64,000 nucleotides of DNA from an uncultured bacterium (GTDB lineage: Bacteria > Krumholzibacteriota > Krumholzibacteriia > JACNKJ01). Made by a program: the position numbers and the translations under genes. The DNA lies in contig CAVOFT010000001.1 of assembly GCA_963695095.1 (NCBI GenBank), forward strand, positions 3,040,001 to 3,104,000, written 5' to 3'. Position 1 is the first letter of the stretch; each line of letters starts with the position of its first letter. Positions 1-10,906 of this stretch are shown here, in pieces. The notes under the pieces were generated by a model. It worked only from the letters and a program-made list of their open reading frames with translations, searched no databases and was not told the DNA's origin.

Positions 1-2957
1 TCGCCCGCCGTATCGTCGTCCACGCTCATGGCCAGGGCGAGGTCGGCCGCGGCCGGGGTCACCGTCAGGCGCGTCGTGTCGTTGGCCGCCACCGGGTCGC
101 CCTGATCGGCGCCGACCCGCCAGGCCAGGTGCTCCAGCTCGCCCTCGGCCTGCAGCTGCACGGCCAGCTCGAGGGTGGCCCAGGCGCCGGCCGCGAGGGA
201 GCCGACCTGCCAGAGCCCGCCGAGGTCATCGAAGCTGCCCTGACTCGGCGTCGCGCTCTGCAAGGCGAGGCCGGCGGCCAGGGAGTCGCGCAGGACGACG
301 GCCGTGGCCGCATCCGGGCCCAGGTTGTCCACGCGCAGCTCGTAGTTGATCAGCGCACCCGGCAGCGGATTGGGCTCATCGACCGCGAGGGAGAGGGCGA
401 GATCGGCGGCCCGTACGCGCAGGCTGATCGCCGCGGCGTTGTCCCCGGGATCGGGGTCGGCCTGGGCGCAGTTCGCCACGCTGAGGCTGTCGACCAGGGT
501 GAGGCCGGCGCTGCCTGGAGGGACGTCGGCATCCAGGAGCAGGGTGGCGCTGGCGCCCTGGGCCAGCCGGCCCAGGATCCAGAGCCCGCGGGCGGCGTCG
601 TAGGCGCCGGCGCTGGGGGCGGCGGCGGCGAACTCCAGACCCACGGGCAGGGCCGCGCGCAGCGCGAGGCCGTCCGCGGCGCGAGGGCCCGTGTTCTGCA
701 CCGTGGCCGTGAAGCGCAGGCGCTGGCCCACGTCGGGCTCGGCGTCATCGACGCCCAGGGCGACGGCTAGGTCGGCGAGCCCCGAGGTGTACACGAGCAG
801 GCGGGGACGGCGACTCGAGTTGGCCTCCTCCTTCGTGTAGTACTTGGACTCCCTGTCCCACGAGCTGGCGAGGAAGGCGAGGCCCTGATTGGGCGAGGTG
901 CCCGCCACCCAGTCGGCGGCCAGCCCGCCGATCTCGATGCTGTACATCTGCTGGATGAGCGGCAGGAAGCTGGCGGCCGGCTCGGGATCGACGGCCTCCC
1001 CGAAGCCGTTCCAGTTGATGGTGGTTTCGTTCCAGGCCCTTGTCGCCCGATGGATGTTCACGGGCAAGCCGCTGTCGTCCTTCGACTGCACGGTCACCTG
1101 CAGCAGTGCGGACTGCACGCGGCTCGCCGGCGGAACGCTCGTCAGATCGAAGCCGAGGAGCGTCCAGCGGTCGGCGCCCGACCGGCGCCGGACCTTCATT
1201 TCAATCTCATCGCCGTGTTCGTCGTAGGGATGGTCTTCCTCGATCCAGGTGTCGCCCAGCGCGGAGAGCGTGAACAGCTCGAAGGCGGTGACGGCGATGT
1301 CGACGGCAGCGGCCGCGTCGGCCGGCGTGGGATCGGGGGGCAGCGCTTCCGTGACCGCGGCCGTCGCGGTGTAGAGCCCGCCCTCGCTGCCGGGCAGGGC
1401 CCAGACCTGGATGCGCAGCGTCGCGGTGGCGCCGGCCGCGAAGGTGGCGAGCTGCCACTTGCTCGAGGCGGGATTGTAGCTGCCGGCGCTCGCCTGATGG
1501 GCCAGGTAGCCCAGCCCGGCCGGCAGCGCGAACAGCACCTGGACGTTGGTGGCGGCGTCCGGACCGCCATTGTGCAGATCGATGGCCAGCCACAGGGAAT
1601 CGCCCTCTTCCACCACGGAGGGCAGGGCGCTGAGGGCCAGGCTCAGGTCCGCGCCGGGCAACTGCAGCAGGAGCGTGGCGCTGTCATCCGCGGGGTGGAG
1701 ATCCGGCAGGGCCGCCGCCGCAATGCTTGCCGTGACGGCGATCGTGCCGACCACCGACTCGGCACCCGCGCGCTGATCGCGCACGCTCGTCGCCTGCCCG
1801 CCGGCAGCGGAGCGATGGCCCAGGCGCCGGCGCCGGCGTCCCCGGCTACGCCTTCCACCTGACGGACTGAAGACGAGGCCCTCCGGCTCCGGCACGGCAA
1901 GCTCGACGCCCTGGGCCGTGCGCGGACCAGCGTTGGCGAGCCTCAGGGTGAGGAGGACCGTCTGCCCCGGCTGGGGCGTGAGATCATCGGCTTCGAGCGC
2001 GAGGCTCAGTTCGGCGTGGTCCGCCCCGCGCGCAGCCAGCCAGAAGAAGGCCTGGCCGTTCTGGTTGACCGCGGCGCTGGAGCCCCGCTCGATGCCCGTG
2101 GCCGTGAGGGCCTGGATGGCGTTGGCGTAGTTGGCCAGCGCATCGAAGCTCTGCGTGGCGTCGCCGGCCAGGGCGGAGGGGCGCTGGGCGCCGCTGGTGG
2201 AGCCGCCGGACTTCACCAGGACGTAGTCGGGCTGGAAGCCGCCCAGCTCCACGGCGCTGTTGTCCAGGCCATTGCCCCAGTAGCGGCCTGCGGCCAGGTG
2301 ACCCGGCGACTGGCTCCAGGCGATGTAGTGGTAGCGCGTGAAGGCGGCATTCACGTCCGATGAGGTGCCGACCTGGAAGCCGTCGGCGACGAGATCGATG
2401 ATGCGATTCGTGGTCGCCGTCTCGGTGCTGAAGGGCAGGCTGTAGCCCGCCGTCATCTCCCGGTTGCGGTGCCAGGCGCGGGTGGCGCCCTCGCCCATCA
2501 CGAGCACGAGGTCCGGATCGATGCCCAGGCCGGTGACGGTCTGGTTGGCGATGCTCCAGCCGGTGTAGCTGCCCACGCGGATCTCGTCGCCGGCGCTGAA
2601 GGCCACCCAGTAGTAGTTGCTGCCGGAGGCGTTCACATCGGCATCGGAACCGATGCTGAAGCCATCCGGATCCAGGCTGAGCAGGCGATTCGCCTGCAGG
2701 TCCCAGGCGCCGGAGAGGTGCTTGCAGTAGCCCACGGGCATGTCGGTGCTGCGGCAGACGGCGCCATCGTTGCGGTTGCCCTTGACGATGACGACGACGG
2801 GCTGGAAGCCCAGACCCGTGATCGCGCGCGCATTGCCGCCGTCGCCGACGTAGCTGCCGCTGGCGACGTAGCAGGGCGCTGCGAGGGCGCCGCCGCCCCG
2901 GCGAGCAGCGCGGCGAGGGCGAGTCAGCAGACTGAGCCGGCGCGGCCTCTGAACCAT
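1..2957 (-). CDS. Large secreted/surface protein with three N-terminal 'GSYxG..GLGFQPxxVxVK' repeats, several DUF11-like Ig domains and a DNRLRE/CBM96-like domain; 3' end lies outside the window; apparent indels
   Basis: Translated by hand from ATG 2957; absent from the ORF track because it runs off the window. Motifs: ASGSYVGDGGNARAITGLGFQPVVVIVKG, AELSLALEADDLTPQPGQTVLLTLRLANAGP (DUF11-like), DTWIEEDHPYDEHG..RWTLLGFDL..WNETTINWN (DNRLRE-like). Frame slips near the signal peptide and near 1780-1880. Confidence 0.75.
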   Translation of the reverse strand, partial: MVQRPRRLSLLTRPRRAARRGGGALAAPCYVASGSYVGDGGNARAITGLGFQPVVVIVKGNRNDGAVCRSTDMPVGYCKHLSGAWDLQANRLLSLDPDGFSIGSDADVNASGSNYYWVAFSAGDEIRVGSYTGWSIANQTVTGLGIDPDLVLVMGEGATRAWHRNREMTAGYSLPFSTETATTNRIIDLVADGFQVGTSSDVNAAFTRYHYIAWSQSPGHLAAGRYWGNGLDNSAVELGGFQPDYVLVKSGGSTSGAQRPSALAGDATQSFDALANYANAIQALTATGIERGSSAAVNQNGQAFFWLAARGADHAELSLALEADDLTPQPGQTVLLTLRLANAGPRTAQGVELAVPEPEGLVFSPSGGRRSRGRRRRRLGHRSAAGGQATSVRDQRAGAESVVGTIAVTASIAAAALPDLHPADDSATLLLQLPGADLSLALSALPSVVEEGDSLWLAIDLHNGGPDAATNVQVLFALPAGLGYLAHQASAGSYNPASSKWQLATFAAGATATLRIQVWALPGSEGGLYTATAAVTEALPPDPTPADAAAAVDIAVTAFELFTLSALGDTWIEEDHPYDEHGDEIEMKVRRRSGADRWTLLGFDLTSVPPASRVQSALLQVTVQSKDDSGLPVNIHRATRAWNETTINWNGFGEAVDPEPAASFLPLIQQMYSIEIGGLAADWVAGTSPNQGLAFLASSWDRESKYYTKEEANSSRRPRLLVYTSGLADLAVALGVDDAEPDVGQRLRFTATVQNTGPRAADGLALRAALPVGLEFAAAAPSAGAYDAARGLWILGRLAQGASATLLLDADVPPGSAGLTLVDSLSVANCAQADPDPGDNAAAISLRVRAADLALSLAVDEPNPLPGALINYELRVDNLGPDAATAVVLRDSLAAGLALQSATPSQGSFDDLGGLWQVGSLAAGAWATLELAVQLQAEGELEHLAWRVGADQGDPVAANDTTRLTVTPAAADLALAMSVDDDTAG

Positions 2958-2972
2958 GGTCTCCCCATCCCG

Positions 2973-3052
2973 GACCTTGATTGCCATCGGCGAACCCGAG
3001 CGGTCAGGGCGAGACCTTGATTGCCATCGGCGAACCCGAGCGGTCAGGGCGA
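2973..3052. repeat. Perfect tandem duplication, 2 x 40 bp (GACCTTGATTGCCATCGGCGAACCCGAGCGGTCAGGGCGA)
   Basis: Identical copies at 2973-3012 and 3013-3052 with no spacer. Confidence 0.95.
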
Positions 3053-3270
3053 AGGCGGACGCTCGCGGTCGGGCGAGCGCCCCCTGCCCGCTAGGGGAAT
3101 CGGCTCTCCGGGGCAGCTTCTTGACCGGAATCGGGGTTCAGGCGGTGCCGAGTAAGGGCGCATCCTGCCCTCGCCTGCCGCCGGGCGGGTGCCCTCGCCT
3201 GCCCCGGCGGCCGGCGGCAGGCATTTCGGCAGCAAGGTCGCGGGGGACCGGCCGCGGGCGGGGGCGAGGG

Positions 3271-3779
3271 CTAGGCGAGAGCGGCCAGGGCGGCGTCGTA
3301 GTCGGGCTCGCTCGACGGTCTCCGGCACGAGCTGGCTGTGGAGCACCTTGCCGGCGGCGTCCAGCACGACGACCGAGCGGGCGAGCAGGCCGGCCAGGGG
3401 GCCGTCGGCGATGCGGACGCCGTAGGCCCGGCCGAAGGCGCCGTCGCGGAAGTCGCGAGGCGGAGACCACGTGCGTCCAGGCCCTCGGCTGGTGCAGAAG
3501 CGCTTGTGGGCGAAGGGCAGGTCCATGCGACACGCACAGGACGGCGGTGTCGTCCAGCCCGCGCGGCCTCGGCGTTGAAGCGACGCACGCTGGCGGCGCA
3601 GACGTCGGTGTCGAGGCTGGGGAAGATGTTCAGCACCACCCGCTGGCCCTTGTAGCTCGCCCAGGGTGACGGCGCTGAGGTCGGTACTTGACGAGGGTGA
3701 AGTCGGGGGCGGCGGTGCCCACGGCGGGCAGGTCGCCCACGGTGTTGAAGGGGTTGCCCTTGAGGGTGAAGTGGGCCAT
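3271..3779 (-). CDS. tpx: Thiol peroxidase (atypical 2-Cys peroxiredoxin), frameshifted
   Basis: Stitched across frames: [90 protein letters not shown]. Confidence 0.92.
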
Positions 3780-3847
3780 GCGGCACTCCTTGGGTTCGGT
3801 GGGGGATCCCCATCCATAGCACAGGCGCGTCCGCGGAGGCCAGCCCC

Positions 3848-4940
3848 TCAGTCGTGCAGGTCGCGGTGGCAGCTCATGCAGGCGGCGCCCTGCCCGTGTT
3901 CGGTGGACTCCTCGTAGTGGCACTTCACGCAGAGCGCCCGCTGGGCGGGGTGGGCGTAGGGATTCGGGCAGGGGATAGGAGCCGGAGACCTGGCCGTCCT
4001 CGTCGAGGAAGTTCACGTTGGGATCCCAGCGGGTGGCGGCCGGCGCGCTCGTGGCGTGGGCCCGGTGGCAGCTCATGCAGGTGACGCGGCAGTCCTGGAA
4101 GGCGCCGGCCGTGCCGTCCACGGCCATGCTCGCCTGCTCGAGCGGCACCTCGGGCAGGTAGGCGGTCCAGTAGTCGCCGCCCGTGGGGTTGTCCGGGCCG
4201 GCGTAGCCGTTGTAGGACTGGCGCGCCTCGCCGTCCAGCGGCCGGTCCACGGGATGCCCGAAGCCGGCGCCGGACTCATCGTGGTAGAAGCCGTGGCAGT
4301 TGGCGCACCACTCCGACCAGCCGGCCTGGTAGGCCGTGTGGTTCGCGAGCGCCTCGGGCGGTCCGTCCAGCGCCGGCCCCGCGCCCTGCGGGGCGGGATA
4401 GTGGAAGCTGTAGCCGGCCGCGTCCTGCTCCCCCGCGCCGCGCAGCAGGCGGTAGTTGGTATTGCCGTGGGGATCGTGACAGCTCGTGCAGCCGAGCGCA
4501 TCGGCGGGGTAGTCGCCGCCCGGCGCCTGCGGGTGCTCCGGATCCTCGAAGAGGCCCAGGTCGGCCGAGACCAGGCTGTGACCCGCCCGATGGCCGCCGA
4601 TCGGGTAGAGGAGCCCGTCCGGAGCGTCATTCAGGTTGGGTGCGAACAGGAAGATGAAATTGCCCGGCCCGCGCTCGGGCGGCGGGTAGGCCGGATCGCC
4701 GGCCAGCACCGCCCCGAGGGCGGTGGCGTGGCAGGACAGGCACAGGTCCGTGGAGGAGGCGAAGCGCAGCAGGCCGCTGACGCCCCCGGGCACGCCCGGA
4801 TCGGCGGGCAGGCCGTCCTCGCTACCGTGCAGGATGTGGCAGGCGCCACAGGCCGCCACGCCGCCCTCGTGGAAGGCGAGGGCGGGCTGGGCGCCGAGCA
4901 GCAGGAGGGCGAGCAGGCAGGCGGTCGACAGGATGCGCAC
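3848..4940 (-). CDS. OmcS-like multiheme c-type cytochrome, 7 CxxCH motifs, Sec signal peptide; one apparent indel near 3967
   Basis: GTG start; signal [38 protein letters not shown]. Heme motifs: CGACH, CLSCH, CTSCH, CANCH, CMSCH and, after removing one base, QRALCVKCH and CMSCH, ending RDLHD*. Confidence 0.9.
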
Positions 4941-5220
4941 GGGCGGACTCCCCGGATGGGATCGATGCGGACGGGCGCCGCGGGAGGACGCGAAGCAAGC
5001 TTCCGGCCAGTATACGCGATGGCGGGGAATCGACGCCAGCGGCCGATCGCCGCATGCCTCCGCTTGCAGGCCGCTCCCCGGAGGGAATAGAATTGCTGCG
5101 CACATCGACCCGGCATCCGGGGCCCCACCCAGCGGGCGGGGCCCCACGCAGGTTGGTCTTGGTTTTCGCCTGACATCCAGCATGGCCACAGTCCATCACC
5201 TGTTCGAGGGGAGATCACCG

Positions 5221-8200
5221 ATGAAGAAGTTCGCGATCGGTCTGCTCGTGCTCCTCTGGTTGCTGCCTGCAGCGGCCATGGGCGCGGATCCACTCAACGC
5301 CTTCGATGCCGACGCCGCGCGCACGCTCGCGCCGCGCCCCTTCGCTCCCGCCCAGTCCGGATTCGCTACCAAGCCGGACCCGGCGGCCCATGCTGCCCTG
5401 CGCGCAGGATCGCCTGCTCGTGCAGTTCACCACCGACGCCATGGAACGGGCGCAGCTCGACCTCTCCTTCAGGTGCGGCCACGCCGAACGCCGCCACCGG
5501 CCTGCCCTCCGTCGACGCGCTGACCGCGTCCGCTGGCGTGCGCTCGGTGGAGCGTCCCTACGCCCAACCGCGCGACGAGGCCCGGGCCATCGCCCTGGGC
5601 GTGGACCGCTGGTACCTCCTGCGCTTCGACACCGGGCGCGACCTGGCCGACGTGGCCGCCTCCCTGAGCGCGTTGCCCGACGTCGCGGCCGTCTCGCTGG
5701 ACTGGGTCGCCTTCCCGGCGGCGGTGCCCACCGATCCGCTGTACGCCGATCACTGGGGACACAACAACACCGCCCAGCTGCCCGGCTAGACTGGGGCGGC
5801 ACCTATGACCACACGCTGGCCCAACACGGTGGGCACCCCCGGCTTCGACGCCAACGCCCAGGCCGCGTGGGACGGCAGCCAGGGCTACGGCACCGCCGAG
5901 CGTCGTCATCGCCATCCTCGACAGCGGCGTCGACATCGACCACCCCGACCTGCGCCTGGTCGCCGGCTACGACTTCGGCGACAACGACAGCAACCCCGAC
6001 GACAACTCAGCGGCAGCGCGGGCCACGGCACCTGCTGTGCCGGTGTGGCGGCGTTCGGTGCAACAACAGCCTCGGCGCCGCCGGCATCGCCGCCGGCTGC
6101 AGCATCATGCCCTGCAAGGTGGCCAACAGCGCCGGTTCGATGTACTTCAGCTCCATCCAGAACGCCCTCTACTGGGCGGCCGACAACGGCGCCGACATCA
6201 TCAGCATGAGCCTCGGCGCCGCGATCAGCAGCGACCCGGCCACCGACACGGCGATCAACTACGCCTACAACGCCGGCTGCGTGATCCTGGCCGCGACGGG
6301 CAACGAGAACACGAGCACCATCAGCTACCCGGCCATCCACGCCAACGTGATCGGCGTCGGCGCCGCCTCGCCCTGCGGCGACCGCAAGCGGCTCGAGCAG
6401 CAGCGGCCGAGTGCAACCCCGGCGTCAGCACCGACCCCAACGGCTACACCTGCGACGGCGAGCGCTGGTGGGGCTCCAACTACGGCGTCACACCGCCGGA
6501 CGCGGCCGGCGCCGTGGACGTCATCGCCCCGACCATCCTGCCGACGACGGACATCGGCGGCAGCGGCGGCTATCGCCGCGGCGACTACGAGCCGTTCTTC
6601 AACGGCACGTCCTGCGCCACGCCGTACGCGGCCGGTGTCTGCGCGCTGATCAAGTCGAAGAATCCCGACCTGGACGCCGGCGCAGATCCGCAACCAGCTC
6701 GTCAACACGGCCAGCGACATCGTCAACGTCGAGTCGGGCACCGGCTGGGACCGCTACAGCGGCTACGGCATGGTCGACGCCGCAGCGGCGGTGGGCGGCG
6801 GCGGCGGCCCGTGCCGCCGACGGCGGCGTTCGTCGGCTCGCCGACGAGCGGCAACGCCCCGCTGCCGGTCAGCTTCACCGACCAGTCGAGCGGCGCGCCC
6901 ACGTCGCTGGAGCTGGAACTTCGGCGACGGCGGCACGCTCGACGGCCCAGAACCCCGGCCACACCTACACCAACGCCGGCACCTACACGGTGACCCTGAC
7001 CGCGAGCAACGCCGACGGCTCCGACGCCGAGGTCAAGACCAACTACATCACGGTGACCGAGCCGGCCGGCACCTACGCCAACCTGCCCTACGCCACGGGC
7101 TTCGAGACCGGCGGGCTGGACCAGTACTGGACGACGGCTCGACCACCGACAGGGCCGCATCCAGATCACCACGGCCAACACGCCCGCACGGCGGCACGCT
7201 ACCACCTGCGATGGACGACAGCTCGAACGGCGGCACCTACAGCCCAGAACGAGGCGTGGCTGCACCTGAACCTGGCCGGGCTGGCGCAGGTGGACCTGAG
7301 CTTCTGGTGGAAGGATTTCGGCGACGAGACCCACACCCAGGACGGCGTCTTCTTCTCCGACAACGGCGGCAGCAGCTTCGTCAAGGTCCTCGACCTCAAC
7401 GGGCGCGAGCTACACCAACAACGTCTGGAACAACTTCACCCTCGACGTCGACGCGCTCGGCGCGGCCGACGGGCTCAGCCTGAACAGCACGTTCGTGGTC
7501 AAGTTCCAGCAGTACGACAACTACCCGATCACCACCGACGGCTTCGCCTTCGACGACATCAGCGTCACGGCAGCGCCGCGCCGCCGCCGGTGGCGGCGTT
7601 CAGCGGCACCCCACCTCCGGCGTACGCCCCGCTGGCGGTGCAGTTCACCGACGCGTCGACGGACGCGCCGACGTCCTGGAGCTGGACCTTCGGCGACGGC
7701 GGCACGTCGTACCGCGCAGAATCCGTCCACACCTACACGACGGCCGGCACCTACACGGTCAGCCTGACGGCGACCAACGCCGTCCGGTTCGGACGTCGAG
7801 ACCAAGACGGCTACATCACGGTGAGCGAGCCCGACGGGCGGCACTGGACGACCATCACCTACGACGACTTCGAGGGCGGCTTCGGCAGCTACACCGACGG
7901 CGGCGGCGACTGCGCGCGCTACACCGGCGGCACCTACGCCCACCAGGGCAGCGCGCGCGCCGATATCCAGGACAACAGCGGCATGGCGTCGTCGTTCTAC
8001 CACACGGCCAGCTACAACGTGACCGGCTACACCGAGCTCGAGGTCGACTTCTGGTTTTATGCCGTACAGCATGGACAACTCGAGCGAGGACTTCTGGGTC
8101 CAGTACTACGACGGCACCACCTGGCGGACGGTGGCGACGTTCGCCCGCGGGATCGACTTCGACAACAACACCTTCTACTGGCACCGTGCCGATTCCGCGG

Positions 8201-8614
8201 GCAGTACAACTTCCCGACCAACGCCAAGCTGCGCTTCATGTGCGACGCTAGCGGCAACCGGACGACGTGTACATCGACGAGATCGAGTTCCGCGGCCTGA
8301 CCGCGGGCGGCGCGGGAGCGGGGCCCGGGTCACGCAGACGCGGCGATCGCTGCCGGCCCAGTTCGCCCTGGACCAGAACCACCCGAATCCGTTCAACCCG
8401 GAGACGACGATCACGTTCGCACTGCCGGAGACGAGCGTGCGGCTGCAGGTGTTCGACGTCCCGGGCCGGTCGTGGCGACCCTGGTGGACGAGGTGCGCGG
8501 CGCGGTCTGCACCAGCTGCACTGGGACGCCCGCGGCGAGGCCTCGGGCGTCTACTTCTACCGGATCAGCGCCGGCGAGCTGCAGGAGACGCGCCGGATGA
8601 TCCTTCTCAAATGA
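5221..8614 (+). CDS. Secreted S8 subtilisin-like serine protease with two PKD domains and a C-terminal FlgD-Ig/T9SS-CTD-like domain, multiply frameshifted
   Basis: Signal MKKFAIGLLVLLWLLPAAAMG; catalytic triad IAILDSGVD, GHGTCCAG, FNGTSCATP; PKD motifs WxFGDG..HTYTxAGTYTV twice; tail QNHPNPFNPETTI..ASGVYFYRI..RRMILLK*. Confidence 0.88.
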
Positions 8615-8680
8615 GCCCCCTCGCCTCCACCCGCGCGCGACAAACGTGCTCGGGCTGGAGGCGACTCGCTCACCGGGCAA

Positions 8681-8717
8681 AGAAGGACCCGGCACGGATC
8701 TCGCGCCGGGTTCTTTA
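8681..8717 (+). terminator. Probable intrinsic terminator between convergent genes
   Basis: Imperfect GACCCGGCAC..GCGCCGGGTTC hairpin, A-rich on the left and T-rich on the right. Confidence 0.5.
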
Positions 8718-8781
8718 TGGGGTGTGTTCGATTGGCGCTCGCCTCGCAGCTCTGTCGCGCGCGGGTGGAGGCGGGGGAAGT

Positions 8782-10686
8782 TCATTTGAGGAGCGTGGCG
8801 CGGCCCACGAGCACCCGCCCGGCGGCGGTGAGGCGGTCAGGTGATCCCTGATGCCAGCCCCTCCGGACGCCAGCTCACGCGGTGCTCGCCGGCGGGCAGC
8901 GCACCGTCGACAAGGCCGGCGACCTCGCGTCCGGCCAGGTCGTACACGGTCAGCCGCGCCTGCCGGCCGCCGCCAGGCTGAAGGCGATCTCGGTGGCCGG
9001 GTTGAAGGGATTGGGGTGGTTCTGCGCCAGCCGTGCCGAGACGGCAGCTCCGGCGCGGCGGTCGGATCCGCGAACTCGCCGATGGCGATGCTCCGCGGCA
9101 GGTAGCTGCCGCCGTCCACCTCGCAGTGGTAGCCGCCGTAGTCCGCCGCAGACACCCGCCAGCGTGAGCTGGGCGGCCGTCTCGCCGGCCAGCGGCTGGC
9201 CGTCCTTGAACCACTGGTAGCTGCCGCCGTTCAGTCCGGATTCGAGCACGAACTCGGGTGCGGCGATGCCGGGGCCGGCGCCGATCACCTGATCGGCATT
9301 GCCGGCCACCACCACGCGCACGTTGTCGATGGCGCCGTTGTTCTGCAGGTCGCCCAGGATGCGCAGATCGATGGGCACCTGCGCGCTGTCCCGGATGAGC
9401 CCGTCGTTGACCAGCAGATCGCTCGCGCTCACGACGGCCGTGCCCCAGCCGGTCGCCCAGCCCTGCAGCGTGTCCGCGATGGTCGTGCCGCCGGTGAAGG
9501 CCGCCTCGTTGCTGACCTGCACGCGCCCGCGGAGCTTCGCCTGGTCGATGCTGACGCCGATCAGCGCGCTCATGCTGTGCATGTCGATCGTGTTGCCATT
9601 CGCGTAGACGGTGCCGCCGCCAGCGAACCCCAGCCGAGCAGGGTGAGATCAGCGCCGGGCGCCAGCGTCAGGTCGCCTTCGGACAGACCCAGACCGTCGC
9701 GCAGGAGCAGGGGCGTGTCGGCGACGATGCTGCCGCCCTGGAACTCGGGCAGGAACATGCTCACGTCGAAGACGCCGGCGGGTCCCATGCTCAGGTGATG
9801 CACGCTGGCGCCATCGAACTGCAGCGAGCTGCAGCTGATCTCGCCGTTGTTCACGAGGTCGCCGGCCATGTTGATGCTGAGGCCATAACTCGTATTCGTG
9901 ATGACGCCCTCGTTGATCAGCCCGCCCGCCACGGTCATGTGCCCGCCCCCGGTCAGCGACGAGGGCAAGAGGCCGTCCTTGATGGTGGCTCCGCCCGTGA
10001 AGTGGGCGGTGCCGGCGATCTCCGCCTCGCCGAAGACCACGGCCGCGTCGAGGGTGGCGTTTTGCAGGTAGGTCCAGGACACCACGTAGAGCGGGTTGCC
10101 GTTCATGCGCAACTCGCCGCTGATCCGCCCGGCGTCCACGGTAAGCGGGCAGTTGGCGCCGAGCAGCAAGCGCCCACCGGTGACGACGAGGTCCCCGGAC
10201 TTGACCCAGGGCGTCTCGACGATCAGGTCGCCCGCGGCGCCCGTCGCGAAGACGAGATTGCTGGCGAAGACGGCGGCGGCATCCTGGCTGAGGCTGCGAT
10301 CGGCGCTGCCGGTGATGCGGGTCAGGTTGTTGAGCCAGTTGCCGTCGTTGGTGAGATCGCCGCCCAGCTCGAGCGTGAAGAAATAGGAGCCGTTCTCGAT
10401 GAGGCCATCGTTCGTGACCGCCCCCGCCACGCTCAGGGTCGCCGGTCCGCTGCTGGCGGCGTGCAGCTGCCCGGCCGGCTCGACGAGCAGGCTGGCGCAG
10501 CTCTGGGTACCGGTCACGTGCACCGGCCCGGCAATGATGACCTCATCCCCGGGTCCGGGGACCACGCCCCCGACCCAGGTGCTCCCCACGGCCCAGAAGC
10601 CGCCCGCCGCGGTGGAGCTGATCAGGCTGGCCAGGGCCGGCCCCGGAGAAAGGCTAACGCATGCAAGTATAGACGATACGATTCAT
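8782..10686 (-). CDS. Secreted beta-strand-rich (G8-like N-terminus/beta-helix) protein with Ig domain and FlgD-Ig/T9SS-CTD-like C-terminus, frameshifted
   Basis: LISSTAAGGFW..STWVGGVVPGPGDEVIIAG; Ig segment SYQWFKDGQPLAGETAAQLTL; LAQNHPNPFNPATEIAF; ends TLLK* at 8782. Joins ORFs 9570-10589, 8950-9582 and 8837-9214. Confidence 0.75.
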
Positions 10687-10906
10687 GGGGACCTCCCGGC
10701 CATCTCTCCGCCTAGCGGGGATTTCAGTCACGGGAAAATCTACCATATCTGCGAATGTCTCCGATATCGAATTCCCACTTCAACAAGCCCCCTCTTGTCA
10801 GCCCACCCCGATGTCGGTTACCGATGGGCAGCCCAAGGAGCGCCTTGATCCCCTACCTCGCCATCGCCCTGGCGCTCGGCGCTGGACTCATCTGAGGGAG
10901 GCCGGC

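Noticed and set aside
2973..3052. Mini CRISPR array
   Set aside because: Two abutting copies with no spacer and no cas genes in the window.
3630..5189. Cytochrome-Tpx fusion implied by the 519-aa ORF
   Set aside because: Artefact of the indel near 3967; the corrected cytochrome stops at 3848 and tpx has its own AAGGAG RBS and ATG at 3779.
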